This document shows, piece after piece, positions 1 through 13,800 of a stretch of DNA of 64,000 bases. The position numbers and the translations under genes were made by a program. Source of the DNA: Leptogorgia sarmentosa (taxonomy: Eukaryota); the NCBI GenBank assembly GCA_964658305.1, contig OZ210885.1, positions 10,850,001 to 10,914,000 of the forward strand, given 5' to 3'. Each line of letters opens with the position of its first letter. The first letter of the stretch is position 1. The notes under the pieces are model-generated. The model was not told the origin of the DNA and did not search any database. It saw nothing but the letters and a program-made list of their open reading frames with translations.

Positions 1-388
1 AATGATTAATAAATGAACATGAAGGTTAATTCTATTCAAATTGCTGTTTTTGCGTTACGCACATGGTTACGCACATGGTTGAACAATTAAACAGATTTAT
101 TTAATTGATGTAATTCGCCTTATAATCAATGTCACATGATCAAATACATGTGGGATGTGGACTCTGACAATACTAAATCATTATTGAATGATTTGAGGCA
201 TTTTAGATTGCCTAGCTACGTTCTTATCCATACGAATAACTGCAAACAATGATGAGCAATAGTATAACGTTAAAATTGCGATAGCGAGTAGCAAAACATG
301 TGAATTTTCGTTCAAGAAAATGTCTTCTGAGACGCGTTTTTAAATTATTTTTCGCAATATTTTCATGTTTGATCGCTGATTCTACTAA

Positions 389-496
389 AACAATTAAATC
401 CACTCGCTCTCGATTTCTACGATATGATAGTTGATTCGGGCTTCGCCCTCATCAACTATCACCTCATAGAAATCTCGAGCTCGTAATCTAATTGTT
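389..496. repeat. Imperfect hairpin repeat (GAA loop and tandem GA mismatches on the minus strand)
   Basis: AACAATTA...GGGC-TTC-GCCC...TAATTGTT with three TC/TC mismatches on the plus strand. Confidence 0.75.
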
Positions 497-1280
497 AAAT
501 AGCAATCTCGAACTCGTAATCTTATTGTTAAGTAGAAAACAACCTTTGCGAATAGAATCGAGTAAAACCTCGCCAATTTACGACAGCTTTAGAACTTGGC
601 AAAGTTATTTTACTGTTCTGAAAATGTATTTTCTACAAAAAACACATGATGGTGGGAAAAAAAGTTGTGGCGCCTTCGTATCTCGAAATTTGTTCGGGGT
701 TTGCCCTGACATGCATTCCGTAGAAAATGTTATTTATCACGACCATTATTAACTAATGTAAAATGCATTGCAAGCATTTAGACTTTTGTTCAAGGACGAG
801 ATTTCATTTAATTTAATTGTTTTAACCTGATCACTCTATTTCTAGCCCATGTTATTCGCAAATATATATTTTAATAAAAACTGCCTTCGCATACTTTAAT
901 TTTAAAGGTTTCGCCGTCTTATACAAAATAGTATGGAATTTTTTCATATTCATTTTAAAATTATAGCTTTAGGTTATTGCGTCATCGCGGCTCGCACATT
1001 TCTGGTAATGAAAGAAAAATCCAGCAAGAAAAAAACTATTAATTTGGTTGATTTCTTCCTGACATGGTGTGAACAATGGGGATTTATTCCGAATTTGTTT
1101 CCCAATTTTCAAAATGAAGATTGGGACGAAGTTAATTTGCAATAATTCTAGAAATGCTTCATAACGTGTATGTGCATGTGCTGTTTTACATCATGAAATT
1201 TGAATTACAGCTCAACCTACAACAAGTAACACGCCCAAAAATAACATTTGAAAATCTCGTTTGGAAAATGATATACATAC

Positions 1281-1885
1281 CTTTTTGCCAGAAGCAACTA
1301 TGATATCATCCGAGCGGGGCACGAATTCTAACGCGGTAATGGAATCAGAACAAATGTTGTCATGTGACCATATTAACGTCGGCAAGTTTTCTTCAACATT
1401 CCAAAGCTTCACAGACCCACCGATAGACCCCGATGCAAAGCGACGTGAACTATCATGACCTCCTAGCTCGCCTTTAACTTGAGAAATAGCATCCTTGTGC
1501 GCTGGGAATTTCAACTGCGATTTATTGTTAAGATGGAAGCATAACAGTTCTCCGTCATCACAACCAAGCAATGCATAGTTTGAACCAAGAGCAGTAATGC
1601 AGTTTACTTTAACTTCTGGTTGACCCAAATCAATGCTGGCCTCGGTATCAATAAAAGTTCTTAGTTCGATCCTGTTTGCGTCGTCAACAAAAACGAAACG
1701 GACATCATCACTTAATAAGCACACAAAACGTATGGCGACTCCAGATTCGGTCTTTGCGAAGGTTTGAACTATTTTAGAACACTCTATGTCAACCAGTGAC
1801 AATGTTCCTGAACTGCTTCCAGACAGCGAAAATTTCCCATTTGATGTGATGTCAATTGCTGTAACTATCGAGTCGTCAGGGTGAC
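1281..1885 (-). CDS. Gene A exon 14: WD40
   Basis: GHPDDSIVTAIDIT...AHKDAISQV...FASGSIGGSVKLWNV; ends at a donor (AAG|gtatgt), so the gene continues. Confidence 0.88.
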
Positions 1886-4800
1886 CTGAAAGAAGTAAAA
1901 CGTTTAAAGTCATTTGAAGTTGTCAAGTATATCAATTAATATTTTGTAAGTACAGCAAGTCAGTGAATAATACAAATTACCATAAACTTTTACGCCGGGC
2001 TCCGCTTTTTGCGAGTAATACTTAAAGAAATAAACTTATAATTTTGATGGGGGAACAACATATTTTTCGGAAAAATAAGCTTGAAATTCAAATTTCAGGA
2101 TACTTATATAGACAACAATCGATGAAATCTTTTAGCTTGAACGAGTGGCTTTTGAATTGGTTTCATCATCTTGGATGTTTTAGCGATCTATAGCCACTCT
2201 GCTTTTTCAAGTTACCATGTCCATAAAGTCCATTGTGTTATCGGAACAATCGTGTACGTTTAGTATTGAACTGAGGTTTATCGTTCACCAATATGTCCCA
2301 AGAGTAAAATGCATACTATGCCGTGTTTAGTACCAAAATGAAGAGCGAGAAAGAATTTTTCCCGAGGTGCAGCCTTTTCCTATACAGGGTGTATCAAAAA
2401 AAAGTTTACTCGCGAAAAATGTCTTTTAGGCCGAAGCGCACGCACCCCATTGCAAACCATTGGTATATATAAGTAGTTTGAGCCCTTCGGATACATCCTA
2501 CACTAAAAGTTTGCAGAAAACGACCATTTTACGACTACGAAAAGTGTTATAAAAAGCCGCAGTAAAAATGGCTTGCGCGAAAAAATGTGAGGCGGAAAAT
2601 GCAATTTGATTTGACAGCCTAAATCTATCGAACAAGTTTCATAAGTTATTCAAGTTTTGAGAAATTTGGTGCACGCTGAGACGAACGTGCGATGTCCAAA
2701 AACTGGATTTTGCGTTTTTTCCTGCGTGATTATCGATTAATTTATGCATAATTGGATATTTGCATTAATTACCAATGCAAATTGCAAGCTAATTCCCAAA
2801 GGTACGTAATTACGCGAAGAAATTGCGGAAAATCCAGTTTTCGGGCATCGCACGTTCGTCTCAGCGTGCACCAAATTTCTCAAAACTTGAATAACTTATG
2901 AAACTTGTTCGATAGATTTAGGCTGTCAAATCAAATTGCATTTTCCGGCTCACATTTTTTTGCGCAAGCCATTTTTACTACGGCTTTTTATAACACTTTT
3001 CGTAGTCGTAAAATGGTCGTTTTCTGCAAACTTTTAGTGTAGGATGTATCCGAAGGGCTCAAACTACTTAGATATACCAATGGTTTGCAATGGGGTGCGT
3101 GCGCTTCGGCCTAAAAGACATTTTTCGCGAGTAAACTTTTTTTTGATACACCCTGTAGATGTGCCGTGAGTCCGAGACTCTATTCATCAGCAAACGCGCT
3201 TTGCCAAAAAGCAACGCGTGAAAATTTAAATTCAGAATGGCTGAGACTGCTCACGAGGAGAGATGCGTATTGAAAAAAGTCGGATGATTTAGATGGTTTC
3301 GACAGTTGGACTATGTTTCTCAGTACGAGCTGTTTTTGGCATTTTGATTTTGATGAGAAAACGCTGAGGGATATCGGGGGGTATTGATGAATTCTGATGA
3401 CATTGTTCGTACAGCCGCTGGGAAGATAGGGCGGGCTCAAATGTCCGCGAATTCTGCCTATGGTGCGGACTATAACAATAGCGTTATATATCAAAATAAG
3501 TATATTGTGGTAAAGAAACGGTTAGCCAGCAGTAATTCACGCGGTTACCTTTTGGCAAATAGTTTCAGTTTATTTTTCCAAGACAACTGCACGTCAATTG
3601 TTAACCGGATTGTTTTGCATTCATAAACTTGTTTGAGAAGTTTATATTCAATGAAAATAATGTCATGGAATAAGAAATACTTCTTAACACAGGTTTGGAG
3701 CCAATTTATATAAAATCCGTCCTAATAGTCCATCATGTCTTTATATAAAATTTTATATACTTTGTTTTGTCGTGAATTATTGCATGACGAGCAGGTTCAG
3801 ACAAATACACTCTGTTACACCCAGATCTTTAACAATTGGGACAAATTACATACAATTACGTTTTTTCTTTTTTTCCAGGATCGCATTGTTTTCAGTAGCA
3901 GATTGTCATCATGCAGTTTTACGAACAATGCAGTTTTAGAATTAAGGAGAGTTGCGCGATAATGGAAATCGTAGACGGTCAAACTCATCACTGCCAGTCG
4001 AATGGATAATTTATTTTTAACTGGATCCCGCATTTTTAACAGCAGGATGACCCAGGAAATAGAATATTGGCGTCAAAAATGACTGGAACTACAGAATTGG
4101 GGCTCGTAGTTGGGGTCCTTTATAGCACTTCCAAACAGTGAACTAATCTTGATAAGGTCAAAATTAAATATACATAATATATAATGCAAATAAATTGAAA
4201 AGGATGACGGGAAAAAATTCTTGATCAGCTAAAAATGCATTGAGATTTACATTCACCGCAGCAACGATGTGCTGCAAATCCTATAGGATTTCTATATATC
4301 ACAGCAATCTTGTAGCTTTGGTATTCTTTCTCTACATGCAACACGACCTAAATAATGCATATCAGCTTGTAGATACTCGCGATGAAACCGTTTTCATTGT
4401 ATTGTTCATAATCAGAAAATAGCATGTGAAGCCATAACAATTTGTTAAATCGAATCCAATACTAATTTGAATGCACTGGTTTTTTCGGAGAAATATATTG
4501 TCAACTAAAACGGATATTTCACAAACAAAATTTTGCGTGTATAAAGAAAGTACAATACCCTGTAGTCGCATCAATGACTTAAAAGTATTTAGAAGTTTCA
4601 AATAATCCTTCATTTACCCACCTGCATTATGGTCGATCCAACTATCAGTTGACAGTTTCCGGTTGAAAAACACATTATTCTGAAGCGATCCAAATAATAC
4701 TCTTTTGCCGTCAGGTGATATTACAAGTGGGACGCTCGACCCTTGACGAACAGTCGATACTTGTAGTGAGTCGAGATTGATTTCACAAATATGCATGTCA

Positions 4801-7800
4801 GGGCTGCATGTGTAAATCATGTTGTGATCGCATGCTATTTCCACTGTATAGGACGCGGGTGAAATGACTTCTTTCAAAGACGCATCGGGCTTTTGCCAGT
4901 CCCAGATGAACACATGGTTATCTTCGCATCCAATTATAACTTGCAACCCATCAGAACTAAAGCGAACAATCTCAGGTGTGCCATCGCTATCAATTCCATT
5001 GATCACACTGCCATCAGACAAATTCCACACCTTGAAAAATAAAAGGAAAAGTTGTTCTGTGTGATACGCAACACGCGCTTAAAACTTGTGACTACAATGA
5101 TTTCTTCAAAACTAATTATCAATAAAAAACTAACACGCACATGAATGACTTTATAAATAGGTCTACTTAGTTATATTATGCGTGCACCTCAAAGCGATAA
5201 AAAACCGGACGTTATGCAGATTTTAAAGATTTTGATAGAGCATACTAGTTAGTTAATACGTTCTAGATTAGTTTTTACGTTTCAATTTCCGAGATGTACG
5301 TATTAAGAACAGTCTTATAATATGACTGGACAACGCTTCGGTAATGTATAAATGAACCAATGGCGCCCATATTGGAGTGACCATCTAAAATCCATTGTGG
5401 TGTTTTTGACGTTCCTACAACTTTAGGTTATAACTTGGAATAAATAAACATTCTCTGAATAAATTTCCTCTAAAAATGGTGTCTTTTTGTTTAAATTTGC
5501 TCGTGAATGACTAATGAGTTCACACCAAGAAGGACGCCGTGTGATTCTTTGTTCTGTCACCCTGAAGGATGGTATTCAGCGCCTCCTAACGTATGGGTGT
5601 TTAGAAGGTTAGTGGCCCGCAAAACACGTGGTTGTTACTTTTTGTACTCACATCATTGCATGCACATTGTGCTGGTATTGCTCTCTTTTTACCGGAATTA
5701 GAAATAAAATCTTAATTTTTTACTGTGGCTGCTCGGTACGGGCCCCGAAGGATCAGAATATCCTTCGTGAAGCTTTTAAAAAAGTTATGACAACCTATGT
5801 GTATGTCTTGAAGTCTTGAACTGCAAAGGCATTTTCTTATAATCCGACATGCAGCATATGCGATACCATTTACGGAAACTGCGATCGATTTCACTCATTT
5901 TAAAACTCATCTCATTCAAAATTTCTAACTTCAAAAGGATGATAAATCCAGTAGTTAAAGATCAGTGGATTAATGGGCTCGAACAGGAAATTTTGCTATC
6001 TCATGAAAAAAGTGGTGCGAATGTCCCAAAAAGCATCTTTACTGAACAATATTTACAGTTTTAGTGCTTTGCATTACGTGAGTGCAATTATTAAGATATT
6101 TTACGCTAATTGTTTAAAAAGATGTCTCCTCTCAACGCAGTAACTGTAATAGCAAAGGATCGAGTTTATAGTAAAGAGAAAAGGACATCTTCCTGGAGTC
6201 AGTCCACCCTTGTGCGAAAAAATTGAACTTGACTAACATTTTACGTTGTATTCGAATCTTTGAAAACCAGTTTCAGTTTATAAGCGGTTCAATATGGAAT
6301 TAAATGAGTCATGCGAATTAGAAAATAAAAGTAGTTGCGAAGGAGATAACAAACTTTGAAACAAATTCAGTAAGTTGTAAGTTGTGGTCCTGAACTCAGC
6401 AAATTAACTATATTAGATTAAATTAGTTGCGCTCTGAATATATCCCCTAAACGAGTGCTGAAAAATTGCTTGAACACAATGTGAAACCGAAATTGTGTGA
6501 GATTTTACCTAGCCCTTTACCAATCAATCAACCAACCAACAACACAAACAAAGCTATGATGACAAGTTGGTTCGACCATTCCAGCGTGTGACATGCATTT
6601 TACTAGCTACCTATAGTGATGACGGTGTCTGCTGATGTATTACGCATATCATAAATTTCCTGTCTCAGGCCAGATAAACGGCAATCCAGGCAATACAAAA
6701 CAAAATTGCACGAGAAGGGCCTGGCAGAAAATGCAAACAAGATGGTGGACGCGAGCATATGCACGGCGGATCACCGTGATTTAATACACTCTTGTTTGGA
6801 TAATGATGTTGAAAATGTGCGCTCAGCGATTTTGGCAATGGATCAACCGTTTGGTCTGCTTATTACAAATATGCAAAATATACAGCGTATACACTATTTA
6901 TATTTAATACATGCATAATCAAACATTCAAATGAGAACATTTTTGAATAAATTTACCTTCAAAAGTCATATATTGAAGTGATTCATCTATCTCATTCATG
7001 GTTCTTTGGAAAAACAGACCAACAAGCGCGAAATTTTAAAACAAAAACCCGCAAATTCAAAAAATCTCACTTTTCGACAGAAATCTCACTTTCCGATTCA
7101 TTTTCTGCCAGGCGCTTCCTCCTCGCGTCGTGGGCTACTCAGACGTGTTTCCACGCGCGTGCCACGTGACCGCGCAATTGTTTTAAAACCCCGGGGACGA
7201 GGCTGAGGCGAGATAACTGTATGAGGAGAAGAGATATTTTCCTTTGTTATGAAAGACAAGTAATTCACGACTTCATTCCCTGCAAAAAAGTGAGCGGGGG
7301 AACCACAGGCTCCAGAGCCCTCATCTTTCGCCGGGTCTGCCATCTAAGACACAGTAGCATGCACGACGTTAGAAAATATAGGGTTATGATTTGGTTTGAA
7401 ATAAGAAATACAATTTCCGTCACTCTAACACTTCCCCAACAATATAATCTTTCTAACGATTTTGTTTAATTTATGTCTTCACTGTTTATGTACGCATTTA
7501 ACTGCATTTATATAACCCCGTGAATAAAGTTACTGGAGAAAGTTTGGTTAGTTTATTTCAGTTCAGGGGTCTACTGGAGTTTTCGTTATATTGTATCATC
7601 AGCCTTATAACATGAGCCTTTTGTGGTGATTGTAACAGATATAAATCATTAAAGTCGATAGTTGCACACTCATTTCTGTTCTGGTTTAAAATATGTCAGT
7701 ACGAAGTCCTGGAATGGATTGAATGTGAACTTACAGGTTTCAAAACAAAGCGCATAACGCGGATGTCGTACAGTTTGAGGCAGAGTTTCCAGTGCATGCC

Positions 7801-10800
7801 TTCGATTATCTAAGGTCTGATTCAAATCTTCTTTAAATTTAAAAATAAATTTGATATAACATCAGTAAATCAAAAATATAGTTTATGCCAATCAACCGAA
7901 ATCTGCGTATAACATATACTGACACCTGCACGCTGACGATTTCCTCTGTGTTTTCTTCATGAATTATTAATGAGTTTCAGAAGTATATATACCCATGTTT
8001 TGTAAAAATTGTATACATTCCTAATAATGAATACGCCGAGTCGAAACGTGGAACAAACAATTCAAAAAATTTCTTGTGTTCGGATGCTTGTATTTCTATA
8101 TGTACAGTATTGCTAGTAGCCTTGTGTACCATACCTTTATCGAGGACTTCGTTGAGTTATATTCCTTTGACAACGACACGACATAGCGACCATCAGCAGA
8201 GACTGCAACATGTTTTGCCCATTCAAGGTCACCTATTGATCAGGAAGGAAAAATAATCAACTCAGAAATTGAAGTAAATATTAAAAGGATATTTTCTGAA
8301 ACAGTCAGAAATGAGATGTGCATGATCAGGTTGGACGCGTTATTAAAATTGACGTAAAAATCTTTGCAATTTAAGGATTTATATACAATGAAAAGAAAAC
8401 TCTTGAGGAGTGGATTAAATACTGTATCTAATATGGCTGGATACTTCAACAAGCAGCAAAATTTCTATTCACCAACTGAACGATAGGCAGTGAATTTGTT
8501 TTCTAACGTTTAGGTAGTAAGTAGAACTTTTGTTGCTTGTTGATGTTTTAATATCCGGCCGAACCTTCACGGGTCGTATATTGAACCTTATTTTAGTGGG
8601 CTAGACCATAAACTATCAAAAGAATGGACTGGAAAACGCACGCTGAAACTGCACAACAACCGTGATACGCTTTATGTGGAACCACGTAACTTCACATTAA
8701 ATCCTTTCCAAGACTTCGTATTGACATATTTCAAACCAGAAGAGAAATGAGTGTGCATCTATCCGCTGTTCAAGGCAAAACCTCATTGTTGCAATAAGTG
8801 GTGAGGAATTTTATATCTGGATATTTTGCTTGCGTTGTATTTGTCATTGTTGTCTTTCAGTATCAAATATTCCGTATCTCTACACTCTTCTTTATACTCC
8901 TGTAATAAACAAACAACTTCACAGTTGCTCCATTGTACCGTTATTATTATTTACTCCTTGTGATCGCAAAGCTCACACGGGGTCACTCGATTTCTCACGG
9001 GGTCACTCGTTTATTTTGAGGAGATCGCTAGATGGTATACTCCAAAATAAGATATCCGCGACTGCTGTACCTTCACGTCAGCGGTGATAGAAATTTCTAT
9101 TGGCGTATTCCCAAAATAAACCAGTCCCAAACCACAAATCTGACCCTAACCACGAGTCCCAAACCATAACCAAAGGTTAGGGTCAGATTTATGGTTTGGG
9201 ACTGGTTTATTTTGTGAGTACGCCAATAGAAATTTCTATCACCGCTGACGTGAATGTACAGCAGTCGCGGATATCTTATTTTTGGAGTATACCATCCAGC
9301 GATCTCCTTTATTTTAACGATCCTTCACAATTGGTAAATACAAATCGTATGCACTCGCCAACCGTGAAGTAGCCATTAATCTCTATGTATTGTCTTTCCG
9401 TAAACGAGAGGAACTCTTCGAAATTTCTGAAACAAAGTGTATAAGTAGACAATCGCCAAATCTCATAAAACATTTCCCTTTCGTCAATGATGTAAATAGA
9501 GATGTGTACGATTTGTAAATAATAAAATGCGAAAAACGAGCAAACTGCGCATGAAGTAATTTGTTTATTATATGAATACAAGGAATACTGTAGAAATACG
9601 GAATATTTGATACACACAGACGACAATGACAAACACAACACGAGCGAAATACCAAAATATAAAATTTCTCACCACTTATTGTTTTGTTTTCAAGTTTTAT
9701 TTCGTCATTCTGCATGAAACTAGTTGAAATTTTGTAATTATGATTGGTTATAAGAATATCAAAGTAATTCTTTTCTTTACATGCAATTATCTTAGGAAAT
9801 ACAAATTAACGGCAATTAACGTTATTAATTTAGGAAAGCCTGCTATCCATTCAACTGTACTTAACCATCGGTTTTCTGTCTTCATATCAGTGCAGAGCGT
9901 TGCAGAAAATATCAATTTAGTAAAATGAAAATGAATTTAGTCAGTGAAATGAAATGAAAACGAGATCGTCCGCAACCTATTTATAAGAAAGCTGGCCCAA
10001 ATAGACAATTTGAACTATACCTTTGACAGAAAAGCACTGTGCATGTGTGTGAAGATTCCAAACTTTGAAAGTACCATCATTTGCAGCGGAAACGCATATT
10101 GGGCCATCACGAGCGATTGTGATATCTGTGACGTCATTTGAATGATCAGAGAAACTGTTTTGTTCCATGTACGCAGCAGTTCCCAGGTTCCAAACCCTGA
10201 TACTTTGATCCAATGACGCTGTCAATACCTTCTTTGCATTGGGAATTATTGCGACACCGCTGAAATATTACAAGTTGATTGTTTATTTCTAATAATAATT
10301 ATTTCTACCGAAAAAAGGCAAAGACGACCTCTGTCAGATTATTGATTGTTTAAGAAACCAATGTTTTCAAAATATGCTGTATAATTTATTCATACATGAT
10401 CAGGGAAATATGTCGTATTCATCAAATTTTAGTGCAAATGAAAACAACACCTATGGTCACTTTAATTTTTGCAAAAATCTTTCTATTACTATGTCAACAA
10501 TTAAGAAGATGGATAGATAGATAAAACCTTTATTTATACATAGGGTAGTCCCGTCAGTAATCAAAATAACTGTTATCAACGGGAACCCTATTGACATATT
10601 GTAGCGTTCAGTACTGCTGAAAATCAACGAAAGCGACAATACAAGATAGGATAATGATAGATGTACAACACGGGTAAAATTATGTTGCACTGAATGTCAT
10701 ACGCTGAATTTCCTACGTTTATCCCTCATTAAAATCTTTCTAAAGCCCAAGTCGTCCATTGCAAATAAGCACGACTATAGCCAGAAGCCAAATAGTATAT

Positions 10801-13800
10801 TAGTGTAATAAATAGAAATTCTTGTAGCGTTGCGAACAAATGGATGACTGAAAATTACTTTCATGGCGTTCATCTTCGCTATCTTTTCAATTCATCAATA
10901 ACCGATTTCAAGAAGCAGTACGTCTAAGTGTGACTGTGAAATATCGTAATAAATTAATACAATTACACAAAACAGAATGTCTTGTATGTTAAGCTTAATG
11001 TTATGTATTGGGTCTTCGTTGTTGCCTTGCCCGCACAACGATCCTTTCGCTAAATTAGATATAGCTGCTAGAGTGAACCCACCTGATGCTACCGGTATGA
11101 CCTTCATAACAGGAAAGGAACTTTCCAGTGTGCAAACACCACAACCTCACACTTCCTCCGCCGTCTCCAGAGATAATATACTTTTTATCACCGCTCACAG
11201 CAATACTGGTAACATAGGATTCATGACCCTCAAGAGTACAAATTTCTTCATATTTTTTTAAATCCCAAATTTTTATTGTCCCAACGTATGAAACAGACAC
11301 AAGCATTGGATTGTTTTTTCCTGAATCTAAAAGAGAAACTTCGCACTTTAGTCGAACTGGCACAAAAAAAACAAGGGAAAGCAAAGTACATGATATCGTA
11401 AATATATTCAATAACTCGATCGCTGACAGGACAAATTTTTATATATGCATTCTGCATGTCCAGGCAATGGATTCTACAGTAGTAGAATACCGAAAGTTTA
11501 TTTTGTTGGTACCGTTAGGATATTGAAGAGAAATTGACGCAAAAAGAAATTCCAATGTGTCAGGATAAACTTGAAATACTCAAAATATGGCCGAACCGTC
11601 TGGCACGTACAATAGTCATGATCACGAATCAATTGTGCAAAGTAACATCATTCTTCCAGTTAGTTTTGCATAAGCATAATGTTAAAGCTCATTACGACCG
11701 CGAGGAGGTTATGTAATCATCCTGGTTTTGTTTGTGAAATATCGAACATCTTGCACAATTGTTTGCCATTAGACAAGGAAGAGATGATTACATTTTGGTT
11801 CAATTCGGCTGAGAATCAAGCAAAACATTTATGATAAAAAACTTTCGTTCCTTTATTTTTTAATGCGTAATGAAGTTAATTGATATTCTGGATGTGCTGT
11901 GTGAATTAGTATACTTACGGTACCAAATTTGGGTGAAAATTTATTAAGCCCCCACCATCTACTTAGTCCCCTCATCAGTCAAGCGCCCACCTGAAAGCAG
12001 GAAAACATAAATATCCCCCAGGGGCTAAATACAGGAAATACGGTAGTTTTTCTTGAAGCTGCTCGAATAGTTAATTTCCCAATACATGTTTAATTGGATT
12101 TTATACAAAACAAATTTCCTTCCCGTTTAATAAAAATACATAGGAAATACGCAGTCGTAATCAACATTTAATTTGGGCCTCAAAGTTCTAAAACTTTGTT
12201 GAAGTTATTTCAAAAATTTATGATAATATAAGTGTTAAAACTAAGTTTAACTTCTGAAAAGTCTAAAATGTTTTTTCCTCAGGAAATACTCGAGTACCTA
12301 AATTTATAATTGCTATTTCTACCTATATCCATACTATGTACTGTACATAAAGTTACGGAAAAGTCTAATGAAAGATCGTAAGAACTCTGCGTTGGTGCAA
12401 TTATTCAAAACCAGAGTGTAACAGTATTGAACAGTACGTACACTGTAGCACGTACCGCAATGGGAAATTTTCATTTCTGCATTAAATCATTATTAGTTTG
12501 CACATGTATTCATACTTATGTTTGGGAACATAACTGTGTTTAACTGCTCTTAACTGTTGCCTAACTGCTCTTTCATGTCAATGAGTAACTGTGATAATTG
12601 ACTGATTAAATTCAATTATTATCACATTTATTCAAGCAACTAACCTACCAAGTTCTAACAGTACAGCACAATGTTTGTCACAACAATTATAAAACAGGTC
12701 AAAGTATATAAATTTTGTCTGTTGGAATAAGAGGGTCTGAAGTCAAGATGGACTAGATAAGTCAAACGACACCTGGCTATATATCTTGGCAATGGACAGT
12801 ATATCTAAAACAATATTACTTTACAAACAACATTCATGTTGGCTTCGATCCATTTGTTACTTTATCTATATAATTTCATAAGTTAAAAACAAATGGTATA
12901 AAATGCTGTCATATTCTGTTGTATTGAATTCTATTATATATTGTAGTTCAATTTGATACATGTGCATTAATTAGATACATGTGAAACGGCTAGAATTGTT
13001 CTTGGTTGATGTATCCCTATGAAATGCATTTGAGAGCAGTGGCGTAGGATGGTGGGGCACTTTCACCCCCAACTTTCATGGTTATAAGTGCCGTTTTAAA
13101 AAAGAAATTGACCTTCTTTCATGCCTAGGATTTGTACAGCTTTCTGATAGACATGAGAATTTGCCCAAATGTACTAAAATATTTTGTAGGATTCCATCAT
13201 TCATTAGCTTTTAAATGTTTTTTTTCCAAGATGCCGCCTTGCTGATTGCAAGTTGCAAATACAGGAACAAGTTTTTATTTAAAGTTGCAACATTTAATAG
13301 TAAAGGTTTCGATTCTGTTGTCCTTGTGCCTCCCCCTCCCCTACAAACTACAACTTGATTCGTATGCCCTTGTTTCAGAGCTTTCTTCTATTTTTACGGC
13401 ACACTATTATTACTTACAAGAGGTCTCAACGGTAATAAAATATACAATACCCGGCCTAAATGCCAAGTCTTTTGAATCTACTTGTACAGTATCACAATTT
13501 ATACATTAAGGTCTGCGACACAGGGTAATCAGTTGAAATATACACACACAAGCAAATTGTCTCAAAGTACATTTAGAAAGCTAGCATAGATAAATCTAGT
13601 GGCCATTTTAAAATACTCTTACCATATACAAAAACAAACAGCCTAAAAATTTGAAAGAAATCAGAAAGCCCTAAAATAGTGCTTGTACATGAAAGCACTG
13701 GCTACCACCATACTAACAATTAAGGAAAGACATTGCTTTCTTTCTAGGCATAATTTTTAATTACAATATTAGAATGCTGTTGCAAGCAGGTATTTGTGTG

